DNA of 64,000 bases from an uncultured Candidatus Saccharibacteria bacterium (GTDB lineage Bacteria > Patescibacteriota > Minisyncoccia > Phycocordibacterales > Phycocordibacteraceae): the NCBI GenBank assembly GCA_964634595.1, contig CAZWKU010000001.1, positions 3,688 through 67,687 on the forward strand, in the 5' to 3' direction. The notes beneath the pieces are model-generated. The model was not told where the DNA came from and did no database searches. It was given only the letters and a program-made list of their open reading frames with translations. Made by a program: the position numbers and the translations under genes. The stretch's first letter is position 1, and each line of letters begins with the position of its first letter. Of the stretch, positions 18,256-28,239 are shown one piece after another.

Positions 18256-20952
18256 TTACGCAACCAAGGCTTCGGCGGCCCGAGCGCGAGTCGGGCGTTT
18301 TCGCACTTCAAAGTGTGGTTTGCCTCCCTTGATAGACACCGTTACTACGGTGCCCTCTATCACCCCTTGGGTGATCATGAGTGAGGCAAGTGGCGTCAGT
18401 ATTTGATCTTGTATCGCGCGGCGCAGGGGGCGCGCGCCATACTGCGGGCTATACCCCTTTTCAGCTAGCCAGGCACGCACCTCAGGCAAAATCGCGAGCG
18501 CTATACGCTTCAAGGAGAGACGCTGTACCACCTCCTCGACCTGCTTCTCGACAATGACGGCAAGCGCCTCTTTCGAGAGCACATTGAAAACAATTATGTC
18601 GTCGAGGCGATTCAAGAACTCGGGTCTGAAATGGTCTTTTAGAGCGCCCATAACCCGCTCCTTAGTCTCCTCATAGCGCGTCGCATCAGTCGAGTTTGCC
18701 TTACCAAAACCGATGTGCGCGAGACGATCCATAAACTCACTCCCGATATTCGAGGTCAAAATGACGATTGTATTCTTGAAATTTACCTTGCGACCTTTGC
18801 TGTCTGAAAGGTGCCCACTATCAAGCACTTGGAGTAAGATGTTGAAAACTTCGGGGTGAGCCTTCTCTATCTCGTCAAAAAGGAGCACCGAATACGGGCG
18901 GTGTCTTATTTTTTCAGTTAGAGATCCTGCCTCTTCGTGCCCCACATAGCCGGGCGGTGCGCCTATCAGCTTTGCTACCGAGTGTTTCTCCATAAACTCA
19001 CTCATGTCAACTCGCACCAGCGCATCAGGGTCGTTAAACATAAACTCTGCAAGTTTGCGCGAGAGCTCTGTTTTGCCTACGCCCGTCGGCCCAAGAAAAA
19101 GAAAAGATCCTATCGGCCGGTTGGGGTCGCTTATACCAACGCGCGAGCGCTTCACTGCGTCTGCGACTTTTTTTACAGCATCATCTTGACCGATGATAGC
19201 CCCGCGCAGGGCCTCCTCCATGCGCGCGAGCTTTGCCGCCTCTTCTTCAAGCATGCGCGCAACCGGGATACCTGTCCACCGAGCGACTACCGCCGCAATA
19301 TCTTGCTCGGTTACCTCCTCATTTAAAATGCGCCGTGATTTTTGTAGGGTCTTCAGTCGCTTTAATTTGGTCTCGAGATCTCGCTGTAGAGACGGTATCT
19401 TGCCGTACCGAATCTCAGCTGCGGTACCAAGATCTGCCGCATTCTCGGCTTGTTCAGCCGCAACCTTAAGTTTGTCGAGCTCGGCTTTAGCGCTACGAAT
19501 ACCGCCAAGCACGTCCTTCTCATTTTTCCACTTCAGCTCAAGTTCGGTAGTCATCTCCTTAAGATCTGCGACTTCGTCATCGATAGCCTTGATTCGCTCT
19601 TTTATCTCCTTGGCACCCACGGCCGACACTCCACCGAGCATTGCCTCTTCGTCTTTCTTAAGCGCCTGCTTCTCTATTTCAAGGCGACGGATCTTGCGAT
19701 CAGTTTCTTCTAGAAGCGGTGGCTTGTTCTCAAGTGCAATACGAAGCCCTGACGCGGCCTCGTCTATAAGGTCAATAGCCTTGTCGGGGAGATACCGGTC
19801 GCTGATGTAACGTGAAGATAGCTCTACCGCAGAAACAAGAGCCCCATCGGTAATGCGCACGCCGTGAAATAGCTCGTACTTATCGCGAAGCCCGCGCATA
19901 ATGGCAGTTGCATCTTCAATTGACGGCTCATTGACGTGCACGGGCTGAAAGCGACGGGTGAGCGCTGAGTCTTTTTCAATATATTTTTGATACTCCTTGA
20001 GTGTCGTCGCGCCGATCATACGGAGCTCGCCACGCGAGAGTGCTGGCTTCAACATATTTGAGGCGTCCATCGCACCTTCAGCGGCGCCTGCACCTACAAG
20101 CGTGTGAAGCTCGTCAACAAAAAGAATGACCTTACCCTCAGAGCGCTCCACCTCTTTCATGACGGTTTTGAGACGCTCCTCGAACTCGCCGCGATACTTG
20201 GTGCCTGCAATAAGTAGCCCCAAATCAAGCGAGAGGAGCTCCTTGCCCCGCAGAGACTCAGGAACATCATTTGTCGCTATACGGCCTGCGAGCCCCTCAG
20301 CAAGCGCTGTCTTGCCCGTGCCTGGCTCGCCAATGAGTACCGGGTTATTTTTAGTGCGACGCGAGAGGATCTGTATTACCCGATTTATCTCTTGATCGCG
20401 ACCAATAACAGGATCGAGCTTATTTTCAGCTGCAAGTTTAGTGAGATTACGCGCATACTTGGGGAGCGCACGAAAACGCTTCGGCTCAATACTCGCTCCC
20501 TGCTTCGTTGCCTTAAGCTCTTTTAGGACCACGAGCGCCGCATCACGTACAATACGAAAACGCGAAAGAATCTCGGCTGCTGGCCCTGGGTGCTCGAGAA
20601 CCGCAAGAAACAGGTGCTCGGTCCCCACAAACACATCGTTCATTCGTGCCGCAACCTTGGCCGAAGACTCAAGCGCTTGTGCAAGCTCAGGGGTGAGATA
20701 GATCTGGTACGAAGGAGAGAGCACACTTGCAGACTCTGGCGCCTCAAGTGACTCAAGAATCGATTCAGCAAAATGCACCGTATCGATCTCCATCCGATCA
20801 AGCATAGAAAAGATGAGAGACTCCTCTTGGGTAACAAGCGCAGCAAGAAGATGCAGCGGAGAAACATGATTTTGACCGCGCTCTATCGCGAGCTCGTGCG
20901 CTCTTCGCACTGCCTCTTTTGCCTTGCTCGTGAAGTTTTGAAATGGCGGCAT
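18256..20952 (-). CDS. clpB: ATP-dependent chaperone ClpB
   Basis: 898 aa with an N-domain, two AAA+ modules (two GxxGxGKT P-loops) and a long coiled-coil middle domain. Confidence 0.9.
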   Translation of the reverse strand: MPPFQNFTSKAKEAVRRAHELAIERGQNHVSPLHLLAALVTQEESLIFSMLDRMEIDTVHFAESILESLEAPESASVLSPSYQIYLTPELAQALESSAKVAARMNDVFVGTEHLFLAVLEHPGPAAEILSRFRIVRDAALVVLKELKATKQGASIEPKRFRALPKYARNLTKLAAENKLDPVIGRDQEINRVIQILSRRTKNNPVLIGEPGTGKTALAEGLAGRIATNDVPESLRGKELLSLDLGLLIAGTKYRGEFEERLKTVMKEVERSEGKVILFVDELHTLVGAGAAEGAMDASNMLKPALSRGELRMIGATTLKEYQKYIEKDSALTRRFQPVHVNEPSIEDATAIMRGLRDKYELFHGVRITDGALVSAVELSSRYISDRYLPDKAIDLIDEAASGLRIALENKPPLLEETDRKIRRLEIEKQALKKDEEAMLGGVSAVGAKEIKERIKAIDDEVADLKEMTTELELKWKNEKDVLGGIRSAKAELDKLKVAAEQAENAADLGTAAEIRYGKIPSLQRDLETKLKRLKTLQKSRRILNEEVTEQDIAAVVARWTGIPVARMLEEEAAKLARMEEALRGAIIGQDDAVKKVADAVKRSRVGISDPNRPIGSFLFLGPTGVGKTELSRKLAEFMFNDPDALVRVDMSEFMEKHSVAKLIGAPPGYVGHEEAGSLTEKIRHRPYSVLLFDEIEKAHPEVFNILLQVLDSGHLSDSKGRKVNFKNTIVILTSNIGSEFMDRLAHIGFGKANSTDATRYEETKERVMGALKDHFRPEFLNRLDDIIVFNVLSKEALAVIVEKQVEEVVQRLSLKRIALAILPEVRAWLAEKGYSPQYGARPLRRAIQDQILTPLASLMITQGVIEGTVVTVSIKGGKPHFEVRKRPTRARAAEALVA

Positions 20953-20953
20953 A

Positions 20954-21706
20954 TTATGTGGCTGGTGTAGCAGGGCTTGTGGTGGCAGAGAGAAGCTCGC
21001 GCACCACGTCGCTACTTACAAATATGCCAGCGACGCCACTTGAAATGCCGATAAGGTTGCCCGAAAGATCGACGGCAGAGACTCCGGGCGGGAGAAGCGG
21101 TAATGAGGTATGCACCGTAGTTTCAACTACCCTTGAGACAATGCCGGTAACGCCACCCTCTCGAGCGATACCGAGTGCGGTCTGCCCGATCTTAAGATCT
21201 TTAGCGCCAAGCAGGGTGAGCGTCGGGCTTGCGGGGAGCACTGCAGTGTCAGAGAATCGGTAAACCAGAAGCGTGTCGCTTTGTTGCGCCAGCGAAGCAG
21301 GCTCGAATGTGCCGCCCGCAAAGCCGACTATAATCTCTTTGGGGAGCCCAAGACCAGTCGTGGTAATTACTGCCTTAGCCTTTGGGAGGAGGGTACCGAG
21401 TGCCATCGACGTGCTGGTGCCGAGCTTAGAGTCGTAGAGAGAGACCGTGCGCGCCGCATCGGCCGCAAACGCGGCCGTAATAAGGTCTTCAACGGACGGC
21501 TTTGGCGCTTGTACCACTGCCGCTGGTGCCACCTGGGTCACGGTCTCGACCGTGTGCTCGACCACTTTGTTGATAGTCTGTGTTACCACGGGAGGCGCTG
21601 TGTCGAGTAGGGATACGGTCAAAATACCCGTTGCGACGGCGGTAACAAAATTGACTAAAATCGTGAGCAAGAGGAGCTGCGATTTGGTGAGTTCTTCAAT
21701 ATCCAT
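20954..21706 (-). CDS. membrane-anchored hypothetical protein
   Basis: 250 aa with an N-terminal TM helix and a Thr/Val-rich extracellular region. Confidence 0.4.
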   Translation of the reverse strand: MDIEELTKSQLLLLTILVNFVTAVATGILTVSLLDTAPPVVTQTINKVVEHTVETVTQVAPAAVVQAPKPSVEDLITAAFAADAARTVSLYDSKLGTSTSMALGTLLPKAKAVITTTGLGLPKEIIVGFAGGTFEPASLAQQSDTLLVYRFSDTAVLPASPTLTLLGAKDLKIGQTALGIAREGGVTGIVSRVVETTVHTSLPLLPPGVSAVDLSGNLIGISSGVAGIFVSSDVVRELLSATTSPATPAT

Positions 21707-21710
21707 CTAT

Positions 21711-22949
21711 TTAATAATGGGACTTTGGCTGTGTATTGTCAAGAAAGGCCACCTCACGAACAAGTGCGCTTGCAAGACGTGTCAACAATGACTCTGCTAC
21801 CCCAGGCCCCCACGAGATACGGAGGGTGCTGAGCGCGCGTGCCCGATCTCTAGTGAGCGCAAATACTGCTCTGGAGCCGAGAGGCTCCTCTCCTGGTTTA
21901 AGGTCGGTCTCACAGGCGCTTCTGGTTGAGACGGCAAATCCTGCGGCATCAAGAAGCATGACCAAGTAGTCGGTGTCACGCCCAGAAAGAGAGAGATTAA
22001 GGATATGCGGCGATGACTCACGGCCCTCATTTACATACAGAGCCTTTATACCCGAAAGTTGGCGCAGCAAGTGCGTGCGGGCCGCCGCCGCTTGCGCGCT
22101 AAACTGCTCGCGCCCCTTCGAGGCTTCACTCAGCGCTATCGCAAAAGCGCTCGCAAGCCCTGGCGCTGGGGTACCTGAACGCAGCCCACGTTCTTGCCCT
22201 CCCCCGAGCATAATCGGCCGCAGAGAGGTGGTGTGCGGTGCGACAAGGAGCCCGATACCGCGGATACCGCCCACTTTTTGTGCATCGAGCGTCAGAAGGT
22301 CAGCCCCAAAGTGTGCCCTGGTCACTTTTTGAGTGAACGGCGCCTGCGACGCGTCTACGTGCAGAAGCACGTTCGCGCTCGGGATGCCGTCCTCGGCTCG
22401 CTCGGACACGGGCCCCACTCGCCTGTGGGCGGCATCCCGAGCGCTCTGTACGAGCTTCGCTACCTCGCGCGTGTTCCAGAGCGTGCCTGTCTCGCCGCAC
22501 ACTGCCTCAAGCGTTATAAGTACGGTCGAAGGGCGCAACATCTTACCCAGTGTCTCAATATCAATCGCCCCATCCTTAATCGGTATTTGTTCTACCAGTA
22601 CGCCCTCAAGTGAACGCACTGATTCGACAATAGAAGCGTGCGCAGACGGGAGATAGAGGACGTGCGACCCGGGGGTAACCAGCCCGCGTATCGCAAGATT
22701 GTTGGCCTCAGTCGCGCCCGATGTAAAAATAATATCGTCGCTCTTGCATTCAAGCAGTCGGGCGATTGCAACACGTGCTTTTTCTAGTACCTCACGGGCG
22801 GCCCGCCCTTCGGCGTGCGGCGAGGCCGGATTACCCCAGACATGCGCCGCTTCGCGGTAAGCGCACAGAGCCGCCCTCGACACGGGAGCCGCACTTGCGT
22901 AGTCAAGATAAACTCGATTATTCCGCCACCACATAGAGCATGCTTTCAC
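21711..22949 (-). CDS. cysteine desulfurase (class V aminotransferase, IscS/NifS-like)
   Basis: Contains YLDYASAAP and FTSGATEANN. The start is probably an internal M near 22934. Confidence 0.85.
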   Translation of the reverse strand: MKACSMWWRNNRVYLDYASAAPVSRAALCAYREAAHVWGNPASPHAEGRAAREVLEKARVAIARLLECKSDDIIFTSGATEANNLAIRGLVTPGSHVLYLPSAHASIVESVRSLEGVLVEQIPIKDGAIDIETLGKMLRPSTVLITLEAVCGETGTLWNTREVAKLVQSARDAAHRRVGPVSERAEDGIPSANVLLHVDASQAPFTQKVTRAHFGADLLTLDAQKVGGIRGIGLLVAPHTTSLRPIMLGGGQERGLRSGTPAPGLASAFAIALSEASKGREQFSAQAAAARTHLLRQLSGIKALYVNEGRESSPHILNLSLSGRDTDYLVMLLDAAGFAVSTRSACETDLKPGEEPLGSRAVFALTRDRARALSTLRISWGPGVAESLLTRLASALVREVAFLDNTQPKSHY

Positions 22950-22996
22950 TCTAGCATATTGCGCGCATTAGATTTTTGTGATGAAATAGAGGCACT

Positions 22997-24457
22997 ATGG
23001 CGCAGAGCTCTCGAGCGCCCGTCATTGCGGTGATGGGCCATATAGATCATGGCAAATCATCACTCCTTGACTATGTCCGCAAAACAAACGTGGTCGCGAG
23101 CGAGGCAGGTGGCATCACACAACATGTTGCCGCCTACATCGCCGAGCATGCAGGCCGCTCTATTACCTTTCTCGATACCCCGGGGCACGAGGCGTTTAAG
23201 GCACTGCGCGCCCGCGGCGCACAGGCAGCTGATATTGCAATATTAGTGGTCGCCGCAGATGAGGGCGTGATGCCGCAGACACTCGACGCTCTTGCGGCGA
23301 TTAAAGAAGCAAAGATACCTTTTGTCGTAGCACTTACTAAAATAGACAAACACAATGCTGATATCGACCGTGCCAAAACATCGCTCCTCGAGCACGAGGT
23401 CTTTCTTGAGGGGCTGGGTGGTGAGGTGCCCTATGCTCCCCTCTCCTCAAAGACGGGCGAGGGCGTGCCTGAGCTCCTTGATCTCGTGCTCCTTGCGGCT
23501 GACCTCTTAAGCCTTTCAGCCGATCCCCACCTACCGGCAGAGGGTTTCGTGCTTGAGTCAAGTCAAGACCCCAAGCGTGGAGCCTCAGCAACGTTGGTTA
23601 TAAAAAATGGCTCCCTACTGACCGGTACCTTTGTGTGTGCAGGAGACGCCTATGCACCGGTGCGCTTTATCGAAGACTTTCGTGGTGCGCGCGTGAAAAG
23701 CGCTGGACCGTCAGAGCCGGTGGTGGTCTCAGGTTTTTCTAAGCTCCCGGCGGCAGGCACACCCTTTAGCGTACTCAAGACTAAAAAAGAGGCTGAAGCC
23801 GAGGCAACTCAAGCAGTAGCCGCGCGCATCATGGCACCCACCCCAACCGAAGGAATGGCTCTCTTGCCACTCGTCATAAAGGCTGATGTTGCTGGTTCGG
23901 TCGACGCGATCCTTCATGAGCTTGCAAAGATCGCACACGAGCGTGCAGAGATTAAAGTGATACATTCGGGCGTTGGATCTGTATCTGAAGGTGATGTAAA
24001 AGCCGCAAGCGCCGCAGGAGGGAGCGTTATAGCCTTTCATGTTGGGACTGACGAGCCAGCCCGAGAGCTTGCACTTCGCAATGGTGTCGCTATTCATACC
24101 TTTACCATTATTTATGAGCTCTCAGAGCATATTGCAAAGGGGTTAGCACTGTGCGCGCCCAAGCTCGCGCTTGAGCGCGAGCTTGGGCGCGCGCTGGTCC
24201 TCAAAGTATTTTCAGTAAGCGGCAAAAAACAGGTAGTCGGTATGCGTCATGTCAGCGGCACGCTCACCACAAACGCACGCATCAAGATCATGCGGCACGA
24301 CACTGAGTACGCTCGCGGCAAAATAGTTAACCTGCAACAGGCTAAGGTAGATACTAAGGAGATAAAAACTGAGGGAGACTTTGGTGCTGAACTAGAGCTT
24401 CGCGAGCCACTTACCTACAACGACACGGTAGTAGCGTTTATCCCCGATATCGCATGA
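22997..24457 (+). CDS. infB: translation initiation factor IF-2 (short form)
   Basis: VIAVMGHIDHGKSSLLD and DTPGHEAF G-domain, then beta-barrel domains. 486 aa. Confidence 0.9.
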   Translation: MAQSSRAPVIAVMGHIDHGKSSLLDYVRKTNVVASEAGGITQHVAAYIAEHAGRSITFLDTPGHEAFKALRARGAQAADIAILVVAADEGVMPQTLDALAAIKEAKIPFVVALTKIDKHNADIDRAKTSLLEHEVFLEGLGGEVPYAPLSSKTGEGVPELLDLVLLAADLLSLSADPHLPAEGFVLESSQDPKRGASATLVIKNGSLLTGTFVCAGDAYAPVRFIEDFRGARVKSAGPSEPVVVSGFSKLPAAGTPFSVLKTKKEAEAEATQAVAARIMAPTPTEGMALLPLVIKADVAGSVDAILHELAKIAHERAEIKVIHSGVGSVSEGDVKAASAAGGSVIAFHVGTDEPARELALRNGVAIHTFTIIYELSEHIAKGLALCAPKLALERELGRALVLKVFSVSGKKQVVGMRHVSGTLTTNARIKIMRHDTEYARGKIVNLQQAKVDTKEIKTEGDFGAELELREPLTYNDTVVAFIPDIA

Positions 24458-24798
24458 ACCCCGAAAGAACCCGAACCTCACGACACAGCGCGCGCTCTAC
24501 CGAGCTTATTACTCGCGAAGCTGCGGCATTTATCGCTCGCGAATCAGGTGGCCAGTCGCTTATCACGGTGACCCGAGTGATCCTCGACAAACATGGTGAT
24601 CGCGCTCATATCTTGGTAAGCGTCTTCCCCACCGAGGCTGGGCGAAGCGCGGTTGCGTTTCTCTCGCGCCTTGGGGGTGAGTTTCGCACCCATTTAGCAA
24701 CCCACGCCAAGCTCCACCCACTCCCCATTGTTGATTTTGCGCTTGACGGAGGAGAACAGAACCGCCAGCACTTAGACGAATTCACTAAAAAATTGTAA
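24454..24798 (+). CDS. rbfA: ribosome-binding factor A
   Basis: 114 aa gene overlapping the infB stop (the conserved infB-rbfA order). KH-like pattern. Confidence 0.6.
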   Translation: MNPERTRTSRHSARSTELITREAAAFIARESGGQSLITVTRVILDKHGDRAHILVSVFPTEAGRSAVAFLSRLGGEFRTHLATHAKLHPLPIVDFALDGGEQNRQHLDEFTKKL

Positions 24799-24829
24799 TG
24801 TGTAGTGGCTTGCCGCAAGCAAGCAATAC

Positions 24830-24901
24830 GGCCTGGTGGTGAAGTGGTAACACTGGAGTCTGCAAAACTCCCATGCGCGGGTTCAATTCCCGCCCAGGCC
24901 T
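24830..24901 (+). tRNA. tRNA-Cys (anticodon GCA)
   Basis: GGCCTGG acceptor, anticodon stem GGAGT/ACTCC with loop CUGCAAA, T-arm GCGGG/TTCAATT/CCCGC. Confidence 0.85.
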
Positions 24902-24995
24902 CAAGCACGCAAGGTATGCTCTGCGGGATTTGAAAGCCGCAGCGCGACGGCGCGAGGCGGGGCCGCGCAAATTTCTAGCAAGAAATTATGTGTGG

Positions 24996-25014
24996 CCAAT
25001 TCCCGCCCAGGCCT
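24996..25014 (+). repeat. 19-bp direct repeat of the tRNA-Cys 3' end (att-like duplication)
   Basis: caattcccgcccaggcctc occurs at 24885-24903 (T-arm 3' half plus acceptor) and again at 24996-25014. Confidence 0.7.
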
Positions 25015-25040
25015 CTCTTGGCGTGCTATACTTGCGTGCA

Positions 25041-25310
25041 ATGATTTCAGATACCGACATCACTAAGCTTAAAAAAGTCTTTGCGACCAAGGGCGAACTT
25101 GCCGCTGTTAAGGACGAGCTGGGAGATGTGAAAATAGAGCTCGGCGAGGTGCATGACAAGGTGGACATCATTATGAATAAGATTGATGCTCTTGCTGGTT
25201 CTATCCAAGAATTGCGCATTGAAAATACGGCAGGCTCGGTAACCTTAGCCCGCCACACTCGCCAAATTGAAGCTCTTTCAAAAGGCACGGGTGTTAAAAT
25301 TCCTCAGTAA
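25041..25310 (+). CDS. small coiled-coil protein, hypothetical
   Basis: 90 aa from MISDTDITKLKK. The longer listed ORF (24873) begins inside tRNA-Cys, so it is trimmed. Confidence 0.4.
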   Translation: MISDTDITKLKKVFATKGELAAVKDELGDVKIELGEVHDKVDIIMNKIDALAGSIQELRIENTAGSVTLARHTRQIEALSKGTGVKIPQ

Positions 25311-25313
25311 AAT

Positions 25314-25405
25314 GCCAGGGTGATGGAATGGTAGACATAGAGGACTTAAAATCCTCCGAGGTCCTTAAAAGCCTCATGTGAGTTCGAGTCTCACCCCTGG
25401 TACCA
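25314..25405 (+). tRNA. tRNA-Leu (anticodon TAA), class II, CCA encoded
   Basis: GCCAGGG acceptor, anticodon stem GAGGA/TCCTC with loop CUUAAAA, long variable arm, T-arm GTGAG/TTCGAGT/CTCAC, ACCA end. Confidence 0.8.
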
Positions 25406-25414
25406 CACCAATTT

Positions 25415-25639
25415 ATGTTTTATGTCTATCTGTTAAAAAGCTTACGGGACGGTAATGCCTACATCGGCTCAACAGATAACTTACGGCGCCGATTAGCCGA
25501 GCATCAAAAAGGTCTAGTTGTCTCAACAAAACCGCGCAGGCCATTCTTTAAGAATCTGAAAGTAAAGTCGGACGTTGTCGGTAGTTTTTTGAAAGACCGC
25601 TCAAACTGCGGGGCGCACGAATACTGCATCGCTATTTAA
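25415..25639 (+). CDS. GIY-YIG nuclease domain protein (stand-alone)
   Basis: YVYLLKS...GNAYIGSTDNLRRRLAEH matches the GIY-YIG core. 74 aa. Confidence 0.6.
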   Translation: MFYVYLLKSLRDGNAYIGSTDNLRRRLAEHQKGLVVSTKPRRPFFKNLKVKSDVVGSFLKDRSNCGAHEYCIAI

Positions 25640-26130
25640 GACCTACCATGAATTCCCCGATAGTATTAAACGGACCAATTTCTCTTCCCTCTTCTACTTC
25701 GCGTAGCGCAGTTTGAAGACCATGAGGTAGTTTTTTGGTACTTTTTACGCGCGGCATAACGCTCTGTCGCATTTGTGACTTTAGTGTGCGCACTTCCCGT
25801 TCAAGGGCAACAAGTCACTGTACGATCGCTGTATTACTCATGGGAATAATATACCATATGATGGAAAATATGGATTCTATGCGCCACTTCGTCTAAACAA
25901 CAGCTTCTTCCCATCCTTCTTTTTCGCGGGGGGTATGCCTGAAATGCATTTGGAGCGGCTGGGCGAGGGATTTTGTGTAAAAAATTAGCTGAAAACAGCC
26001 AATAAATATGGCCTATTTGAGAGACCGCCGCTAGCTTGACTTTTAGGCTCGGCCATGCTACAGTTGCAGACAAGGTCTGACATCGGGTTAGATCATGGCC
26101 CTAGCGAGCCAACTCACAGGAGAAATCGCG

Positions 26131-26523
26131 ATGAAAAAGATCAGTCTGTTCTTTGATAGTTATGTTCGTGAGCAAATGGATGCATCTCAATCGTTCGGGG
26201 TTGAAAATCCCGGCCTTTTGAAGGCTATAACATTCCCAAGCGAACTCATTCGAATCGTTCTTCAAGGCGGTTTGAGTGATGATTTCGCAAGGAAATATTG
26301 TGAAAATGAGTGGGAAGTATTCGGCTTTGCACAACCGAGATTTATGAGGATTCAGAAAGCTGTGCTTGAAGCATATCGCATTGAGAGTACGTTATTTCTC
26401 CTTGCAAAGCCGAGTGTATGTATTGAGATGAGGCTTTACCGCAAGGGAGAAAAGAAACCTTTCAATGGATTTGATTTCTACTTGAATCTTAAAAATGGCG
26501 AGTTGATTACTTCTGTAACATAG
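26131..26523 (+). CDS. hypothetical protein (orphan gene A with duplicated leader)
   Basis: AGGAG RBS 9 nt before ATG 26131. The longest ORF (26095) starts inside the duplicated leader. Confidence 0.45.
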   Translation: MKKISLFFDSYVREQMDASQSFGVENPGLLKAITFPSELIRIVLQGGLSDDFARKYCENEWEVFGFAQPRFMRIQKAVLEAYRIESTLFLLAKPSVCIEMRLYRKGEKKPFNGFDFYLNLKNGELITSVT

Positions 26524-26532
26524 CTCACGGAC

Positions 26533-26597
26533 GCCCGAATGTAGATACATTCGGGCTCCCATCAAAGATTTCGATACATCGAAGCTTTTGATGGGAG
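26533..26597 (+). terminator. two consecutive stem-loops downstream of gene A
   Basis: GCCCGAATGTA-gat-ACATTCGGGC, then CTCCCATCAAAG...CTTTTGATGGGAG. Confidence 0.35.
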
Positions 26598-26670
26598 CAA
26601 TCCCACGAATTGGCATTCTGCCGTTCGCCGTGGCCCTAGCGAGCCAACCTGCAATGAGGAGGAAATCGCG

Positions 26671-26913
26671 ATGACGATGGAATATATGGGACTGGTCTGG
26701 TACGTCAGCGAGATGGGTATGATGGTAGACCAGTTCACCGGCACCATCCGTGAATCGGAGAAAGAGGCTTTGGCTGATGCCGAGGCACTCAAATCCAGTC
26801 TTCTCGCAGAATGGTCCCGGTGTGGAGTAACCGACGGTCTATCCGTCAACTCCATATCTGTTGAATCAGTAAAAAGAGAAAAGCCTATAGGTGAAGATAA
26901 CGAGACGGACTAA
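26671..26913 (+). CDS. hypothetical acidic protein (orphan gene B with duplicated leader)
   Basis: 80 aa. GAGGAGG RBS. The preceding 35 nt are near-identical to the leader of gene A. Confidence 0.45.
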   Translation: MTMEYMGLVWYVSEMGMMVDQFTGTIRESEKEALADAEALKSSLLAEWSRCGVTDGLSVNSISVESVKREKPIGEDNETD

Positions 26914-26932
26914 TAACCCTGCTCGCAATTTA

Positions 26933-26970
26933 GCCGGCACTTGGAGAAATCCTTGTGCCGGTTTTGTTTT
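26933..26970 (+). terminator. rho-independent terminator
   Basis: Stem GCCGGCAC, 14-nt loop, stem GTGCCGGT, then TTTTGTTTT. Confidence 0.6.
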
Positions 26971-27000
26971 GGGGTATCAGGTTCGAACCAAATACCTACA

Positions 27001-28239
27001 CTAGAACTGATCTGTCGATTGTGGAGGATTTGATGGGGGCTGCGGCGGAGCAGGAGGAGTAGGCTGTGATGGAGCAAAAGTCATCTTCGGGATTTTTGGT
27101 TTCAGCATAAGCCCGAAGAGCGTGATTAGTACGAGAGCGGCGAAGCCCATGCCAGCCCAAGGTAGCCAGGGATACATTTCTGTAAGACGACTTTCTCCCG
27201 GATCGCACACGTCACCAATGCCATCGCCATCAGTATCTGTCTGATTTCGATTCGGGTCTTCCGGACAGTTGTCGCGGTCGTTTATGAGGCCATCGCGATC
27301 AAAGTCGTCGCAGGCGTCTCCCCTGCCATTTGTATCTACATCTCTCTGGTCATCATTTGGTACAGAAACACAGTTATCAAGAGTATCTGGGATGCTGTCA
27401 GTGTCGGTGTCGGCGGGTTTAAAAGCCGGATTTTCGACCAGACGAGCTGATTCGAGTCGCAAGATATCGACTGTGCCAGCAAGATTGCCCGACTCCCCTA
27501 CGGGTGGGCGGACGTATCGGTCGGGATCGAGGTACAGACGGTAGCTCTCTTCTGGTTTGGCCAAGAAACGCACTGCGCTCGCGCTCGCGACCGTCGCGTT
27601 TTCCTGACGTAGCTTTATTTCTGTGATGCGCAATGGTTGTCCGTAGGTAAGGCTAAACGTCCACGTCTTTGAAGTAGTCTTTGGGAAGAGGATGTCCGCA
27701 CTCGTGGGGCGCGTCGCCGCCAACACTATCACTCCGCCGTCTTTGCGAATGGTAACGGACGTCGGGAGTGCGACATTTGCGTCGAGAAGAAGGGTGAGGG
27801 ACGAGCTCGTCACTGGGCTCACGCCCGTCAGCACTATTTCTACCTTACCCTGCCCTGTTTCTGGAAGCGAGAACTCGCGGAAAGTGAGCACATTATTGTC
27901 GAGTAGGGCCGAGAGGCTTGATGCTGCACTGCCTACTTGCGATACGGTTTGTGCAGAAAGCGCAATCTCGTTTTTAATACGTTCAGAAATGAACAGCGTC
28001 GGCTCAAATCCCCCGGTCGCAACATCGATGAGCGCGACATCAGTACGATTTAGTTCTATCCCCGTAAGCGGTACCTCAACCACGGTAGGGACTTTAATTG
28101 GAAACGTGCCAAGTTCAACGTAACTCTGAAAGACCGACGCAACATCCGTAGGTGGTGGCGTTGGGGGAGTAGCCGCTGCAAATGATGGAGCGGCAAAAAG
28201 AAGGCTCGCAAAAACACCGGTTACAAGGAAATTACGCAT
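27001..28239 (-). CDS. secreted/anchored protein with thrombospondin type-3 (calcium-binding) repeats and a C-terminal TM anchor
   Basis: Signal peptide [26 protein letters not shown]3 repeats [49 protein letters not shown]-terminal hydrophobic helix and a Pro-rich tail. Trimmed from 28365 to avoid overlap with the upstream gene. Confidence 0.6.
   Translation of the reverse strand: MRNFLVTGVFASLLFAAPSFAAATPPTPPPTDVASVFQSYVELGTFPIKVPTVVEVPLTGIELNRTDVALIDVATGGFEPTLFISERIKNEIALSAQTVSQVGSAASSLSALLDNNVLTFREFSLPETGQGKVEIVLTGVSPVTSSSLTLLLDANVALPTSVTIRKDGGVIVLAATRPTSADILFPKTTSKTWTFSLTYGQPLRITEIKLRQENATVASASAVRFLAKPEESYRLYLDPDRYVRPPVGESGNLAGTVDILRLESARLVENPAFKPADTDTDSIPDTLDNCVSVPNDDQRDVDTNGRGDACDDFDRDGLINDRDNCPEDPNRNQTDTDGDGIGDVCDPGESRLTEMYPWLPWAGMGFAALVLITLFGLMLKPKIPKMTFAPSQPTPPAPPQPPSNPPQSTDQF

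Noticed and set aside
18937-20867. Multiple long antisense or alternative-frame ORFs within clpB (for example 19193-19810), and similar ones inside gyrA, topA, ftsZ and valS.
   Set aside because: They overlap strongly supported genes on the other strand or frame. They are GC-rich open frames with low-complexity translations and are spurious.
24873-25040. N-terminal 56 codons of ORF 24873-25310.
   Set aside because: This stretch overlaps tRNA-Cys and the duplicated att-like repeat. The gene was trimmed to ATG 25041.
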